The position numbers and the translations under genes were made by a program. From Candidatus Cloacimonadales bacterium (GTDB lineage Bacteria; Cloacimonadota; Cloacimonadia; Cloacimonadales; JAFGVF01), in NCBI GenBank assembly GCA_963663475.2, contig CAXXJV010000001.1, positions 2,784,001 through 2,848,000 of the forward strand: 64,000 nt of DNA. The letters run 5' to 3'. Positions 51,789-61,920 of this stretch are shown piece after piece. Position 1 is the first letter of the stretch. The number at the start of each line of letters is the position of its first letter. The notes under the pieces are model-generated. The model had not been told where the DNA came from. It did no database searches and worked only from the letters and a program-made list of their open reading frames with translations.

Positions 51789-51950
51789 GCCCAATAGTGC
51801 AATAATGCTTTGCGAATAGCTGATTGACTTTTGTAAAGGTAAGTTCCATAATTTTCAGAAATATATATTTTTATATGACTTAATTTTATGTAACATGTTT
51901 TACTAAAAGAAGATTAGGCTATATATCAAAGTACTACTACATCATTTAGT
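51789..51950 (-). mobile_element. MITE family A copy 6 (162 bp, diverged)
   Basis: Diverged reverse-orientation match; TATAA duplicated at 51784-51788 and 51951-51955. Confidence 0.75.
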
Positions 51951-51990
51951 TATAACATAGTCAACTATTTATTAAAGGTAAGGAGAAAAA

Positions 51991-52698
51991 ATGAAGATTG
52001 CAGATTTAAAGATTAACAGAATATTAGATTTAGCAACCGGAGTGGGTCAGTTTATACCCTACTTATTAAATGAAAACAAGAGTATTACCCAAGTGATTGG
52101 TCTTGATATTTGTGAAAGATCAATAGCTCAAGCAGAAAAGAACTTTCAAGATGAGAGCAAGGTTTCGTTTATGAAAGTGGATGCAGAATCTTTACCTTTT
52201 GCTAATGATTCTTTTGATGCAATCTCTATTAATAATTCATTGCATCATTTCGAAAAGATTGGGCAAGTATTAGCCGAAGCAAGAAGAGTCTTATCTCCTG
52301 CTGGCTATCTTATTGTTAATGAAATGACTAGTGATTCTGAACAAAGCCAAGCTCAACAAAGTCATATATTAATCCACCATTGGTTTGCCGAGATTGATAG
52401 ACAAATGGGGCGTTTTCATGATGAGACTTACACAAGTAAAAAACTTAGGGAATTAGTTAAATCTAATGGTTTTGAGATTATTGAAGAGGAAATCTATAAT
52501 CAGGAAATAGCTAATCCTAAAGATGAGAAATTTATTGAAAATTATACTAGGATTATTAGTCAGACTAAAGAAAGGCTGGTTACTAAACTTCCTGACATTC
52601 TGGTAAGTAAAGCAGAAGACATAATTAAACACTTGCAAAACTATGGTTATTCACCAGCCAAAGCCATAATGATGATTGCAAAAAAAAATGAGGAATAA
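51991..52698 (+). CDS. Class I SAM-dependent methyltransferase
   Basis: ILDLATGVG, DAESLPF..SFD, LHH and RVL.P.G motifs. Confidence 0.9.
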   Translation: MKIADLKINRILDLATGVGQFIPYLLNENKSITQVIGLDICERSIAQAEKNFQDESKVSFMKVDAESLPFANDSFDAISINNSLHHFEKIGQVLAEARRVLSPAGYLIVNEMTSDSEQSQAQQSHILIHHWFAEIDRQMGRFHDETYTSKKLRELVKSNGFEIIEEEIYNQEIANPKDEKFIENYTRIISQTKERLVTKLPDILVSKAEDIIKHLQNYGYSPAKAIMMIAKKNEE

Positions 52699-53942
52699 TG
52701 AATTTACATATAAAAAATATCAAGCAGGATAATTACCAAGACACCTATAGAATACTGGGAAACTCATATCCTGATATGAAAATATCCCAAGATAAAGCTT
52801 TTGAATGGTTTGATAAGATTAATGATGATGGTGGAAGCAGAAACTTTTGGGGAGGATTTTATAAAGATAAGCAAGTAAGTGTCTTTGTAACTAATAATTT
52901 TACCATGAATTTTAGAGGACACATGATTCCTGCTGGTGGAATAGGAATGGTTGCAGTTGATTTGCTTTATAAAAAAGAAAGAGTCTGTAAGCAAATGATT
53001 GAATTTTACCAAAACTATTATGAAGATAAAAATACCAATATGTTGGTTTTATATCCCTTCCGACCCGACTTTTATAATAAAATGGGCTTTGGTATGGGTT
53101 CGAGCCTACATACCTATTCTATTGAGCCAAAGTATTTTCCTAAATTTGAAAAATCTAAGAAACTTGAATATGGCAATATTGATGATTTAACTGAGATAAC
53201 AAACTTTTTCAACCAGCAGGTTACCAGAGAACACGGAGCTATGTTAAGAGAAGAACGAGAGTTTGAAGCCTGGTTAAAATCACCTCAAATAAGATGTTTA
53301 CTTTACAAGGATGAGGGGGTTATTCAAGGCTATATGTTCTTTGGATTTGTAGAAAGACCAGCTCAGGATAAAGGGTCTTTTGACCTTAAAATAAAGGAGA
53401 TGCAGTTTGAAAGTGTTGATGTTTGGAGACAGTTTTCTACTTTTCTAAACTCGCAAATGGACCAAGTTAAACGTATTCAATATATGACATATGACCCTGA
53501 TTTTTATCACTACTTTGCTAATTCAGTAAATGAGTCTAAAGAATACTATCATCTTATTCACCAGAACTTTAGCTTTGAAAAAACTGGGCTCATGTATAAA
53601 ATTGCTAATCCAGTAGATTTTATGGAAAATCTAAATCCAAAAACTTTTGAAACACAAAATTTAAAGGTGAGATTTATTATTGAAAATGAGTTATCTCAAA
53701 AAAATAAAAAATTTATATTGACGTATAACTTCGCAATAGGCAAAATTGTCAATAATGATAGTAATGTTGATTTAACACTTACAATGAACTTGGCTAGATT
53801 TTCATCTATTCTTATGGGTTCATTGTCGTTTTCTTCAGCAGCCAAGCATGGATTAGTTGAAATTGATAATAAAAATTACATTGACTGCGTTGATAAGTTG
53901 TTTAGGACAAAGAATATGCCAACTGGCTATAATGAATTTTAG
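52698..53942 (+). CDS. Eis-like GNAT N-acetyltransferase with SCP2-like C-terminus
   Basis: GGIGMVAVD, LYPF...FY.KMGFG, about 410 aa ending NEF. Confidence 0.85.
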   Translation: MNLHIKNIKQDNYQDTYRILGNSYPDMKISQDKAFEWFDKINDDGGSRNFWGGFYKDKQVSVFVTNNFTMNFRGHMIPAGGIGMVAVDLLYKKERVCKQMIEFYQNYYEDKNTNMLVLYPFRPDFYNKMGFGMGSSLHTYSIEPKYFPKFEKSKKLEYGNIDDLTEITNFFNQQVTREHGAMLREEREFEAWLKSPQIRCLLYKDEGVIQGYMFFGFVERPAQDKGSFDLKIKEMQFESVDVWRQFSTFLNSQMDQVKRIQYMTYDPDFYHYFANSVNESKEYYHLIHQNFSFEKTGLMYKIANPVDFMENLNPKTFETQNLKVRFIIENELSQKNKKFILTYNFAIGKIVNNDSNVDLTLTMNLARFSSILMGSLSFSSAAKHGLVEIDNKNYIDCVDKLFRTKNMPTGYNEF

Positions 53943-53982
53943 AGAACTTATCCTCCTCTCATATATCTAAATCACATCCAAG

Positions 53983-54010
53983 AAAGCCGGAGAAATTCGG
54001 CTTTTCTTTT
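53983..54010 (+). terminator. Intrinsic terminator
   Basis: AAAGCCGGA-gaaa-TTCGGCTTT followed by TCTTTT. Confidence 0.75.
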
Positions 54011-54029
54011 ATTCTTAAGGGAATATCTA

Positions 54030-54938
54030 ATGAAAATTCAGAATATTATTGAAGAGTACTTGCAATATCTAAAAGCTTTAGGAAAAAGTGAAAATACGCT
54101 TGCTGCCTATCGAAGAGATTTAAATCAGTTTAGGGACTTTCTCTTTAGCAAATACGATAAAGATTTATTAATTAGTCATATTGATAGATATATTATTAGA
54201 GATTTTATGGGTTATCTCTATGAAGAAATGTCTAACACTAACAGATCTATTTCCCGAAAATTAACTGCTCTCAAAGGAATCTTTAAGTACTGTCTTACCC
54301 ATAACTATATTGATAAAAATCCTACTCTCACCATGAAAAATCCTAAGTATGAGAAGAAAATACCCCAATACTTTTCTGAAGAGGATATGGATTTTCTCTT
54401 ATCACTACCTAACCTCTCTTCTAAGTTCGGAGTAAGAAATCTGGCCTTACTGGAGCTGTTTTATTCTTCAGGACTAAGAATATCTGAAATGATTATTCTA
54501 ACTTTAAGGAGTATTGATTTTAATAAACAAATTGTAAAGGTCCTAGGTAAGGGTAATAAAAGTCGCTTAGTCCCCATAGGGAGTAAAGCTCTTCAAGCTA
54601 TTAATAACTATCTAGCTATCCGCCATTCATTTGTTTCAGAGTTCAGTGGTGATATTCTCTTTTTATCCAAATCTGGAAGACCATTATCCCGCAAAGAGCT
54701 AGCAACTATCTTAAATCAATACCTCAAACTTGTTGGTCAGAAAAAAGGTTATTCTCCTCATACCTTAAGACATACATTTGCTACCCATATGCTTAGTCAT
54801 GGAGCTGATTTAAGAGCTATCCAAGAGATGTTAGGACATGCCAATCTCTCCACAACAGAAATTTATACTCATGTGTCACTAAGAGATTTGACTAAGGCTG
54901 TTAATGATTTGCATCCTAGAAGTAAGAAGAAAGATTGA
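54030..54938 (+). CDS. xerC: Tyrosine recombinase XerC/XerD
   Basis: SENT..AYRRDL, GLRISE, GKG.KSR, SPHTLRHTFATH, LGHA.LSTTEIYT and HPR motifs; no IntI-specific insertion. Confidence 0.9.
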   Translation: MKIQNIIEEYLQYLKALGKSENTLAAYRRDLNQFRDFLFSKYDKDLLISHIDRYIIRDFMGYLYEEMSNTNRSISRKLTALKGIFKYCLTHNYIDKNPTLTMKNPKYEKKIPQYFSEEDMDFLLSLPNLSSKFGVRNLALLELFYSSGLRISEMIILTLRSIDFNKQIVKVLGKGNKSRLVPIGSKALQAINNYLAIRHSFVSEFSGDILFLSKSGRPLSRKELATILNQYLKLVGQKKGYSPHTLRHTFATHMLSHGADLRAIQEMLGHANLSTTEIYTHVSLRDLTKAVNDLHPRSKKKD

Positions 54939-55281
54939 TTAAGCTCTCGTACATCATCCACGATACACTATTTGGACGAACAGCATCCATAATTAATAAG
55001 GAATATCCTGGCATTTTGTTCTTGAGAATTTGTTGTGCTTTTGAAAGTTTTAAAGCCACTTCTTCGTGTAAATATGCTTTATTTAGTCCATCATAAAAGT
55101 TCATTCTAAAAAAGTTTTTCGAGCTATTAGAATTCACTAAATCTACCAGGATTGAAGGATCAATGGTATTAACATCAACAAGTCCAGCATCAATAAATTT
55201 CTGTTCAGAAACAATTTCACTTACTGACTGATTAGATCCTGACTCTATAATTTTAACTAGTGTATTAACAACTCTTTTCAT
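54916..55281 (-). pseudogene. C-terminally truncated D-Ala-D-Ala dipeptidase (VanX/DdpX, M15D)
   Basis: N-terminal motifs are present (DL....NF....Y, AYL..EVA.KL.KAQ..L, L.I.DA.RP). The Zn-binding SxHxxGxAxD and ExWH are absent, and the ORF ends inside xerC. Confidence 0.7.
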
Positions 55282-55300
55282 ATTGACTCGACTTTCTTTA

Positions 55301-55609
55301 TTAATTCTTCAATTTATCTTCTACAGACTTAACCTTACCCTTTATTCTATCTTGTTTAGAAGCTCTGAAATCTATTTTAATAGTAATTCCCAATCTCTCA
55401 TAATCAGGAGCAAATTTATAGAAAATATCTCTTACTAAGTCCATGACATCATCGTACTTTCCTTCCAGAACAGAGCCCATGGGAGTTAGAAGATGATCTA
55501 CTTTAGTATTTTGATTAATGAAATCGATAACTTGAGCTACGAAGGGAGAAAGACTAGGTCCTATATCGTAAGTTACAACAACTAGTTCGCAGATAATATT
55601 TGTATTCAT
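55301..55609 (-). CDS. Thiamine-binding protein family (MTH1187/YqgV)
   Basis: SLSPFVA, LTPMGSVLEG, IKIDFR and KVKSVE motifs. Confidence 0.85.
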   Translation of the reverse strand: MNTNIICELVVVTYDIGPSLSPFVAQVIDFINQNTKVDHLLTPMGSVLEGKYDDVMDLVRDIFYKFAPDYERLGITIKIDFRASKQDRIKGKVKSVEDKLKN

Positions 55610-55694
55610 ATTAACCTCTTCTTGATAAGTAAATTAGACCTATATCCAACTCTATCGAGAAGGATATAGGCTTATGTTTATTTCTTAAAATGCT

Positions 55695-56849
55695 TTATTT
55701 AAAGGCTTCCATACCAGAGAATTCCCGGTAGAGATCAAAAGACTTTAATTGCTTTTCATCATCAGCAGTAATTTCATTCAATACTATTTTAGTAAGAAGT
55801 TCACCTAAACCAGGACCTAACATAAAGCCTTGACCACACATACCAACTGCGTTGATAAAGTTTGGATATTCTTTAGTTCTTCCTACAATAGGGAAACCAT
55901 CAGGAGTCATTGGGTATTGACCTCTCCAAGTTCTTCTTAGCTTAAGATATTTCAAACGTGGGTAAATATCTAACATTCTTTTAGTAACTAGAGGGAGAAA
56001 TTCTGAAGTTGAAAGATTATCAACACCTACAATTGGTGGGTCTGGAGTTATACAAAAGACAACTTGACCTTCATGATTTTGGTAGAAATAATAGTTTGCA
56101 GAACCTGGAGCTTTTCTCATATCAATAACCATTGGCTCAAAGAATCTTTTGACAGGTTCGGTAATACCTGCTTCGTGATTGTCAGGAAATACAGGTAAAT
56201 CAAGTCCTAGTTTCTTACCTATTGCCCTTGCATTATTTCCTGAGGCATTTATTACATCCTGGCAAGAATATTTCCCTTTATTAGTAAGGACTGCTATTAT
56301 TCTTCCATTTTCAACTTGGAAGTCTTCCACCTCTTCATTAAAATGAAATTCAGCACCTAGCTCACTAGCTCTTTTGTGGAAGGCAGACATAGCCATCAAA
56401 GGGGAGCATGAGCCATCTTCAGGAGAGAAAGTTGAACCTCTGAGACCTTCCATTTTAATTCCAGGAACTAACTTGTTATATTGATCAGGCGGAACCCACA
56501 TGATATTGAGTCCCATTGACTGTAGAGACCTAACCATGGTTTGTAAGGTTTCGGAATCCTTATCATTCCAAGCTGGATATGAGTAACCATTTGATCTCCA
56601 ACCGATATCGTAGTTATGTTTTTCTTTCCAGCTTGAGAAGATTTCAATAGACCTTTTACATACTGATAACTTACCATAATCAGAATGAGTAGCTCTAACT
56701 CCACCTATAGCCTTTTTATTGTTTGATTGTCCTGGTCCAGATAACTCATCTAAGACAAGAACTTTTTTACCTTTTTCACAGAGAGAAACAGCAGTTGGAA
56801 CACCAACAGAACCAGCTCCAATAATTATTACATCATAATTTTTATCCAT
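55695..56849 (-). CDS. FAD-dependent oxidoreductase, DAO family (proline dehydrogenase/sarcosine oxidase beta-like)
   Basis: DVIIIGAGSVG, RTWRG.Y.MTPDG.PIVG and G.CGQGFMLGP motifs. Start moved to MDKN after GAGG. Confidence 0.88.
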   Translation of the reverse strand: MDKNYDVIIIGAGSVGVPTAVSLCEKGKKVLVLDELSGPGQSNNKKAIGGVRATHSDYGKLSVCKRSIEIFSSWKEKHNYDIGWRSNGYSYPAWNDKDSETLQTMVRSLQSMGLNIMWVPPDQYNKLVPGIKMEGLRGSTFSPEDGSCSPLMAMSAFHKRASELGAEFHFNEEVEDFQVENGRIIAVLTNKGKYSCQDVINASGNNARAIGKKLGLDLPVFPDNHEAGITEPVKRFFEPMVIDMRKAPGSANYYFYQNHEGQVVFCITPDPPIVGVDNLSTSEFLPLVTKRMLDIYPRLKYLKLRRTWRGQYPMTPDGFPIVGRTKEYPNFINAVGMCGQGFMLGPGLGELLTKIVLNEITADDEKQLKSFDLYREFSGMEAFK

Positions 56850-56850
56850 C

Positions 56851-58926
56851 TTATTCCTCCCTCTTCCCACCGGCAAAGACACTTAACTGAGCTTCAATGA
56901 AGACAGGTCTTTTAGTATTTGGAACCACATGATCAGCTGGTACACCTTCCTGTCTCATAACTTGTTTAATAAGGACATCACAAGTTTTAGCTCCACAAGG
57001 TCCCATACCAGCTCTAGTAATAGCCTTTATTTGATTTATATCATAGATACCTTGTTTAATTAATTCTCTTACATCTTTAACCTTAACCCTTTCACACAAA
57101 CATACCATTCCATCATCTTCCATATTAGGAACAATGGCCTTATCTAAAGGAGCAGAGATTGCTTCTTCTTGAATTCTAAAAGATGCTACTTGCTTAGCTA
57201 CTTGTCTATCTACTTCAATTTTTACAGTTTGTGTTTTTTGTTTAGGGAACATTTGCACACTAATCACAGGGTAATGACCTAGGGTTAGTCCGTCAATATT
57301 ATTAACTTCTACAATATCGCCCTCTTTAATCATAAAGTTACCAACTTCATAAGGAAGAGTAATTAGAGGATGGTCTTTATCTTTTCGATAATCAACTAAA
57401 GTTATTGCTAAACCAGGGCAGATAGTAACACATTTGCCACAACCAATACAATTTTCTGTATAGTAAGGAGTTCCCATTAAACCACCATCATCTATTTTTA
57501 TGGCATTTACAGGACAAACAGTAGTACAAGGATTACAAGGAATTTCTTGTAAGCAGTGAATAATAGGCATGACACCTTCCTCACTATCACTATAATTATA
57601 GCCTTTAATTTCACCTGGATGAGATTTAAGTAGTTCGGCCTTATCATACCATTCTTGAGGAACATCAGCTACATCAGCCCCCATCTCTTTGCAAATCTTT
57701 AGACCAACAATCTTACCATTGAACATAGCAGAAGAAGCTTCAGCTATTTCAAAAGCATCACCAGCTGCCATAACAGGAAGTCCTGCTTGTACTGCTTCTT
57801 GAGTAAATTCATCAAGAGAATCTAAGCCCACTGCCATTAAAATTGTATCACAGGCAAATGATTTTTCAGTTCCAGGAATCTGTTGAAATTTTTCATCAAC
57901 TTCTACAATAGTAATACCTTCAACAGTTTCACTACCATTAGCACTTAAGATACTATGTGAAGTATAGATAGGAACACCTAATCTAGTTAATTTATCTGCA
58001 TGAACCTTATAGCCTCCACAACGTGCTGCAGCCTCTACCAGACCTACAACATTAATACCAGCCTGTAGGGCATGATAGCCAGCTATTAAACCAACATTTC
58101 CACCACCAACAATAAATAATCGTTCAGTTGGTTTAACTAAATCTCTATTTACTAGGGTTTGGAAGGCTCCAGCACCATAGATACCAGCTAGAGTATTTCC
58201 GTTGAATCTTAAGAACTTTTCTCTAGCTCCTGCTGCATTTAAAATGAGTTTAGGAGTTACGATTTTGTATTCATCTTTTTTAAGTACACCAACTTTTTTA
58301 TCACTGAAAACAAACAAGACTGTACTTTCTGTCCATATTTCGATAGACTCATATTGAGAAACTTCTTGAGCAAGAATCTTTCCAATATCATTACCTCTAG
58401 TTCCAGCTCTTGAATCAGCTTGCGAACCAAAGAACTTATGTGTTTGAAGTACTAGTTTACCTCCTAGTTCTTCTTTATCGTCAATCAAAAGTGCTTTAAT
58501 ATTTCTTTTCCCCATTTCGATAGCAGCTGATAGACCTGCTGGTCCACCACCAATTATTAAAACTTCTGCTGGGATTTCTTCAATGTCAGACATTTGGATA
58601 GGCTTAGTATCATTAGGTAAATCTGGTAAGCCTTCTGCACTTTCAACAATCATATTCTCCTTAACAGGTGTCATACATGATTTAACAGGAATACCATTAG
58701 CAATGACAGTACATTTAGCACATTGTCCATTAGCACAAAATATTCCTTGGGCAGTATTATCTGCATGGTGATGTCCAAAGACGCGGATGCCGTTTGCCAT
58801 GAGAGCTGAAGCAATCATTTCTCCCCTACGAGCACTAAGTGGTTGTTTATTCCAATAAAAAGTAACAAAATCGTTAATTTCCGGCATATCAAGGACCGGA
58901 TGGTTTCTGATGCGTTGTTCAACCAT
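56851..58926 (-). CDS. Fused 2Fe-2S / FAD-NAD oxidoreductase / 4Fe-4S / BFD-like subunit (proline dehydrogenase/sarcosine oxidase alpha-like)
   Basis: FCANGQCAKC..SC, GGGPAG, GGGNVG, CNPC..CP and CIGCGKC..CP, C.CE and TRAGMG.CG.K.C motifs. Confidence 0.88.
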   Translation of the reverse strand: MVEQRIRNHPVLDMPEINDFVTFYWNKQPLSARRGEMIASALMANGIRVFGHHHADNTAQGIFCANGQCAKCTVIANGIPVKSCMTPVKENMIVESAEGLPDLPNDTKPIQMSDIEEIPAEVLIIGGGPAGLSAAIEMGKRNIKALLIDDKEELGGKLVLQTHKFFGSQADSRAGTRGNDIGKILAQEVSQYESIEIWTESTVLFVFSDKKVGVLKKDEYKIVTPKLILNAAGAREKFLRFNGNTLAGIYGAGAFQTLVNRDLVKPTERLFIVGGGNVGLIAGYHALQAGINVVGLVEAAARCGGYKVHADKLTRLGVPIYTSHSILSANGSETVEGITIVEVDEKFQQIPGTEKSFACDTILMAVGLDSLDEFTQEAVQAGLPVMAAGDAFEIAEASSAMFNGKIVGLKICKEMGADVADVPQEWYDKAELLKSHPGEIKGYNYSDSEEGVMPIIHCLQEIPCNPCTTVCPVNAIKIDDGGLMGTPYYTENCIGCGKCVTICPGLAITLVDYRKDKDHPLITLPYEVGNFMIKEGDIVEVNNIDGLTLGHYPVISVQMFPKQKTQTVKIEVDRQVAKQVASFRIQEEAISAPLDKAIVPNMEDDGMVCLCERVKVKDVRELIKQGIYDINQIKAITRAGMGPCGAKTCDVLIKQVMRQEGVPADHVVPNTKRPVFIEAQLSVFAGGKREE

Positions 58927-59019
58927 AAATTTCTCCTAAAATTGGATTCTATAAAGCAAAAATTACTTCTTCTTATTAAAGTGTCAAGCGGAAAACATAA
59001 TTTACTGTCAGATATTTAA

Positions 59020-59180
59020 CTCAGGTAGTCTAGTAGAGCTTTAGTGAAGCGTGCAGATTATTCTAGCAAAATAGCTTACAGAATTTTTAAGCATATATTT
59101 TATATATTCGGAGAAATTATGGATCTTACTTTTGCTGAAGAATATAGTGTTATTCACAAAGGTCTACTGCATTAATGGGC
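59020..59180 (+). mobile_element. MITE family A copy 7
   Basis: Full-length match in the divergent intergenic region; flanks TTTAA/TTTAG. Confidence 0.8.
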
Positions 59181-59298
59181 TTTAGTTTCAATAAAAAAAT
59201 TAGCTGACTTTCTATTTATTACTTGACCAAATTTTGCTAATATCATAACTTTATATTAAGAATATATAATGGAGCCAAAAAGAAATTAAGGAGGTACA

Positions 59299-61005
59299 GT
59301 GGTACAAAAATTTGAAGATAACTTAGTTCTTGTTCTTGCAGGACAAGCTGGCCAAGGTATTCAATCGATTGAGAGTATTTTAGCAAAACTCTTGAAAAGA
59401 AGTGGCTATAACTATTTTTCAACTTCAGAACTTATGTCAAGAGTCAGAGGTGGAATTAATTCTACTGAGATAAGAATCTCTTCTAGACCTGTTGCTGCTT
59501 TTCTTGACCGTATAGACATATTATTTCCTCTTCACAATGATGGAATAAACCACCTGCAAGCGAGAATAAGTCCAAATACTATTGTAATTGGAGAAAAAGA
59601 TAAAATAGATTATGAAGATATCATAGATGTAGAGTTTACTCAGATAGCCAAAGAAATTGGAAATGCTATTTATTCCAATAGTGTTGCTGCTGGTTTTATA
59701 TGTGGACTTTTAAAAGTAGATTTAGCTGCCTGTCAGGAGTTTATTCTAGATTACTTTTCAGATAAAAGTGGAGATATTCAGCAGAAAAATAAAGAAGCCA
59801 TTACTAGGGGTTATGAACTAGTTAAGAACTTTTCAAACATTGATATTGATATTGCGAAATCATCGCAGGTTAGCCAGCATCTACTTATGAATGGAGCTGA
59901 TGCAATATCTTATGGAGCCCTTGCGGGAGGATGTAATTTCATCTGTGGTTACCCTATGTCTCCAGCTACTGGTATATTGCAAAACATGGCATGTCATTCT
60001 CAGAAATTTGATATAATAGTTGAACAGGTCGAGGATGAGGTTGGTGTTATCAATATGGCTCTGGGTGCTTGGTATGCAGGAGCTAGGGCAATGACAACTA
60101 CTTCAGGTGGCGGAATGGCTCTAATGAGTGAAGGAATTTCATTATCTGGTATGGCAGAATCTCCTATGGTAATCCACTTAGCTCAAAGACCTGGACCTGC
60201 TACAGGCCTAGCAACACGTACTGAACAAGGCGATTTAAACCTAGCCTTATATTCTGGCCATGGAGATTTTCCTAGAATCATATTAGCTCCAGCATCTTTA
60301 GAAGATGCTTTTTATCTCACCCAAAATGCTTTTAATTTAGCCGACAAATATCAAGTCCCTGTCTTCATCTTAACAGATCAGTACTTCATGAATAGTAAAT
60401 ACAATACACCTGCTTTTGACTATGCTAGTCTTAAAATTGAAAAGCAGATAATTGAGACAAGCGAAGATTATCAAAGATATGCTTTTACTGAAAATGGTAT
60501 TTCGCCTAGAGGAATTCCTGGGTATGGACAAGGAAAAGTATGCTCAGCTTCGAATGAGCATGCCCAAAGTGGACATATTACAGAAGATGCTGAACTCAGA
60601 GTTAAGATGACTCAGAAAAGATTAAATAAACTAGAACTTATCAAGGAAGATATTGTAAAGCCTACATTAATCGGTCCTGATAAATACAAGTTTCTTATTG
60701 TAGCTTGGGGTTCAACCTTTAACATAATTAAAGAAGCTATTAATAATTTAGATAGAGATGATATTAGCCTCTTACACTTTTCTTGGATTTATCCACTAGC
60801 CGATAATCTAATTGATTATCTACAAACTGCTGATCAAATTATTGTTGTTGAAAACAATGCTACAGGTCATTTTGCACAGTTGATTCAACTTTCTACTGAT
60901 TTCAAAGTTAAGGACAAAATCTTGAAATATAATGGCAGATGCTTCTCTGTAGAAGAAGTTAGCAAAGAGATTAAGGCAATAATTAATGGAGGAAAACATG
61001 CCTAA
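59299..61005 (+). CDS. korA: 2-oxoacid:ferredoxin oxidoreductase alpha subunit (gamma-alpha fusion)
   Basis: GQAGQG, YPMSP, QVEDE, TTTSGGG, QRPGPATGLATRTEQ and ENN.TG motifs; GGAGG RBS with GTG start. Substrate unknown. Confidence 0.9.
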   Translation: MVQKFEDNLVLVLAGQAGQGIQSIESILAKLLKRSGYNYFSTSELMSRVRGGINSTEIRISSRPVAAFLDRIDILFPLHNDGINHLQARISPNTIVIGEKDKIDYEDIIDVEFTQIAKEIGNAIYSNSVAAGFICGLLKVDLAACQEFILDYFSDKSGDIQQKNKEAITRGYELVKNFSNIDIDIAKSSQVSQHLLMNGADAISYGALAGGCNFICGYPMSPATGILQNMACHSQKFDIIVEQVEDEVGVINMALGAWYAGARAMTTTSGGGMALMSEGISLSGMAESPMVIHLAQRPGPATGLATRTEQGDLNLALYSGHGDFPRIILAPASLEDAFYLTQNAFNLADKYQVPVFILTDQYFMNSKYNTPAFDYASLKIEKQIIETSEDYQRYAFTENGISPRGIPGYGQGKVCSASNEHAQSGHITEDAELRVKMTQKRLNKLELIKEDIVKPTLIGPDKYKFLIVAWGSTFNIIKEAINNLDRDDISLLHFSWIYPLADNLIDYLQTADQIIVVENNATGHFAQLIQLSTDFKVKDKILKYNGRCFSVEEVSKEIKAIINGGKHA

Positions 61006-61858
61006 TAAATTTGATTTTGATAAGAAGATTGATTTTTCTTGGTGTCCAGGTTGTGGTAATTTTTCCATCCGAAAAGAATTGCTAACTGTTCTTGAAGAAA
61101 TGAATATTGATAAAGATAAACTTGTCTTAGTCTCAGGAATTGGGCAAGCTGCTAAGATGCCTGAATTTGTGAATGCAAGTTTCTTTCATGGTTTACACGG
61201 ACGTGGCTTACCTCCTGCAACAGCAATTAAGGCTAGTAATCCAGACCTCACGGTTTTAGCCTTTGGAGGAGATGGTGATATGTATGGAGAAGGGGGAAAT
61301 CACCTACTTCATACAAGCAGAAAGAATCCAGATATCACCTTGTTTGTACATGATAACATGATATATGGGTTAACTAAGGGACAAGCCTCCCCTACTTCCA
61401 GCCTAGGTATGAAAACGCCTTTACAGGTCTTTGGGGTTGCAGACCAACCGCTTAACCCACTAGCCCTAGCAATTTCTCTTGATGTTTCTTTTGTGGCTAG
61501 AGCCTTTTCAGGACATTTCAAACAAACTCAAGAAATCATGAAACAAGCAATAGAGCATAGGGGTTTTGCTTTAGTTGATATTTTCCAACCATGTGTTTCT
61601 TTCAATAAGATAAACACTTACAAGTGGTTTGATGAAAACACCTATTATCTACCTGAGGATTTTGATAATTCTAATAGGGTTAAATCATTCGAAAAAGCTC
61701 TCGAAAGTGATCCTTATCCCTTAGGAGTTATTTATAAAAGTAAACATAGAAAAACTTTTGAAGAAAATCTTCAAGTATATAAATACAACAAATTACCCCT
61801 TTATAAAAATGAAATCAATATGAAAAAAGTAGAAGAAGAGATACTTACCAAAAGATAA
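60998..61858 (+). CDS. korB: 2-oxoacid:ferredoxin oxidoreductase beta subunit
   Basis: WCPGCGN, LHGR, GGDGD..EGGNH and YGLTKGQ.SPT (TPP) motifs; start placed after GGAGG. Confidence 0.92.
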   Translation: MPNKFDFDKKIDFSWCPGCGNFSIRKELLTVLEEMNIDKDKLVLVSGIGQAAKMPEFVNASFFHGLHGRGLPPATAIKASNPDLTVLAFGGDGDMYGEGGNHLLHTSRKNPDITLFVHDNMIYGLTKGQASPTSSLGMKTPLQVFGVADQPLNPLALAISLDVSFVARAFSGHFKQTQEIMKQAIEHRGFALVDIFQPCVSFNKINTYKWFDENTYYLPEDFDNSNRVKSFEKALESDPYPLGVIYKSKHRKTFEENLQVYKYNKLPLYKNEINMKKVEEEILTKR

Positions 61859-61920
61859 ATAATCAATAGATTAGGCTCAAGTTTAAGCCTAGTGGGATAA
61901 ATTTAGTATAATGAGAATTT

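Noticed and set aside
54030-54938. Phage or island integrase
   Set aside because: Size and motifs fit chromosomal XerC/D; no att repeats, tRNA or phage genes are nearby.
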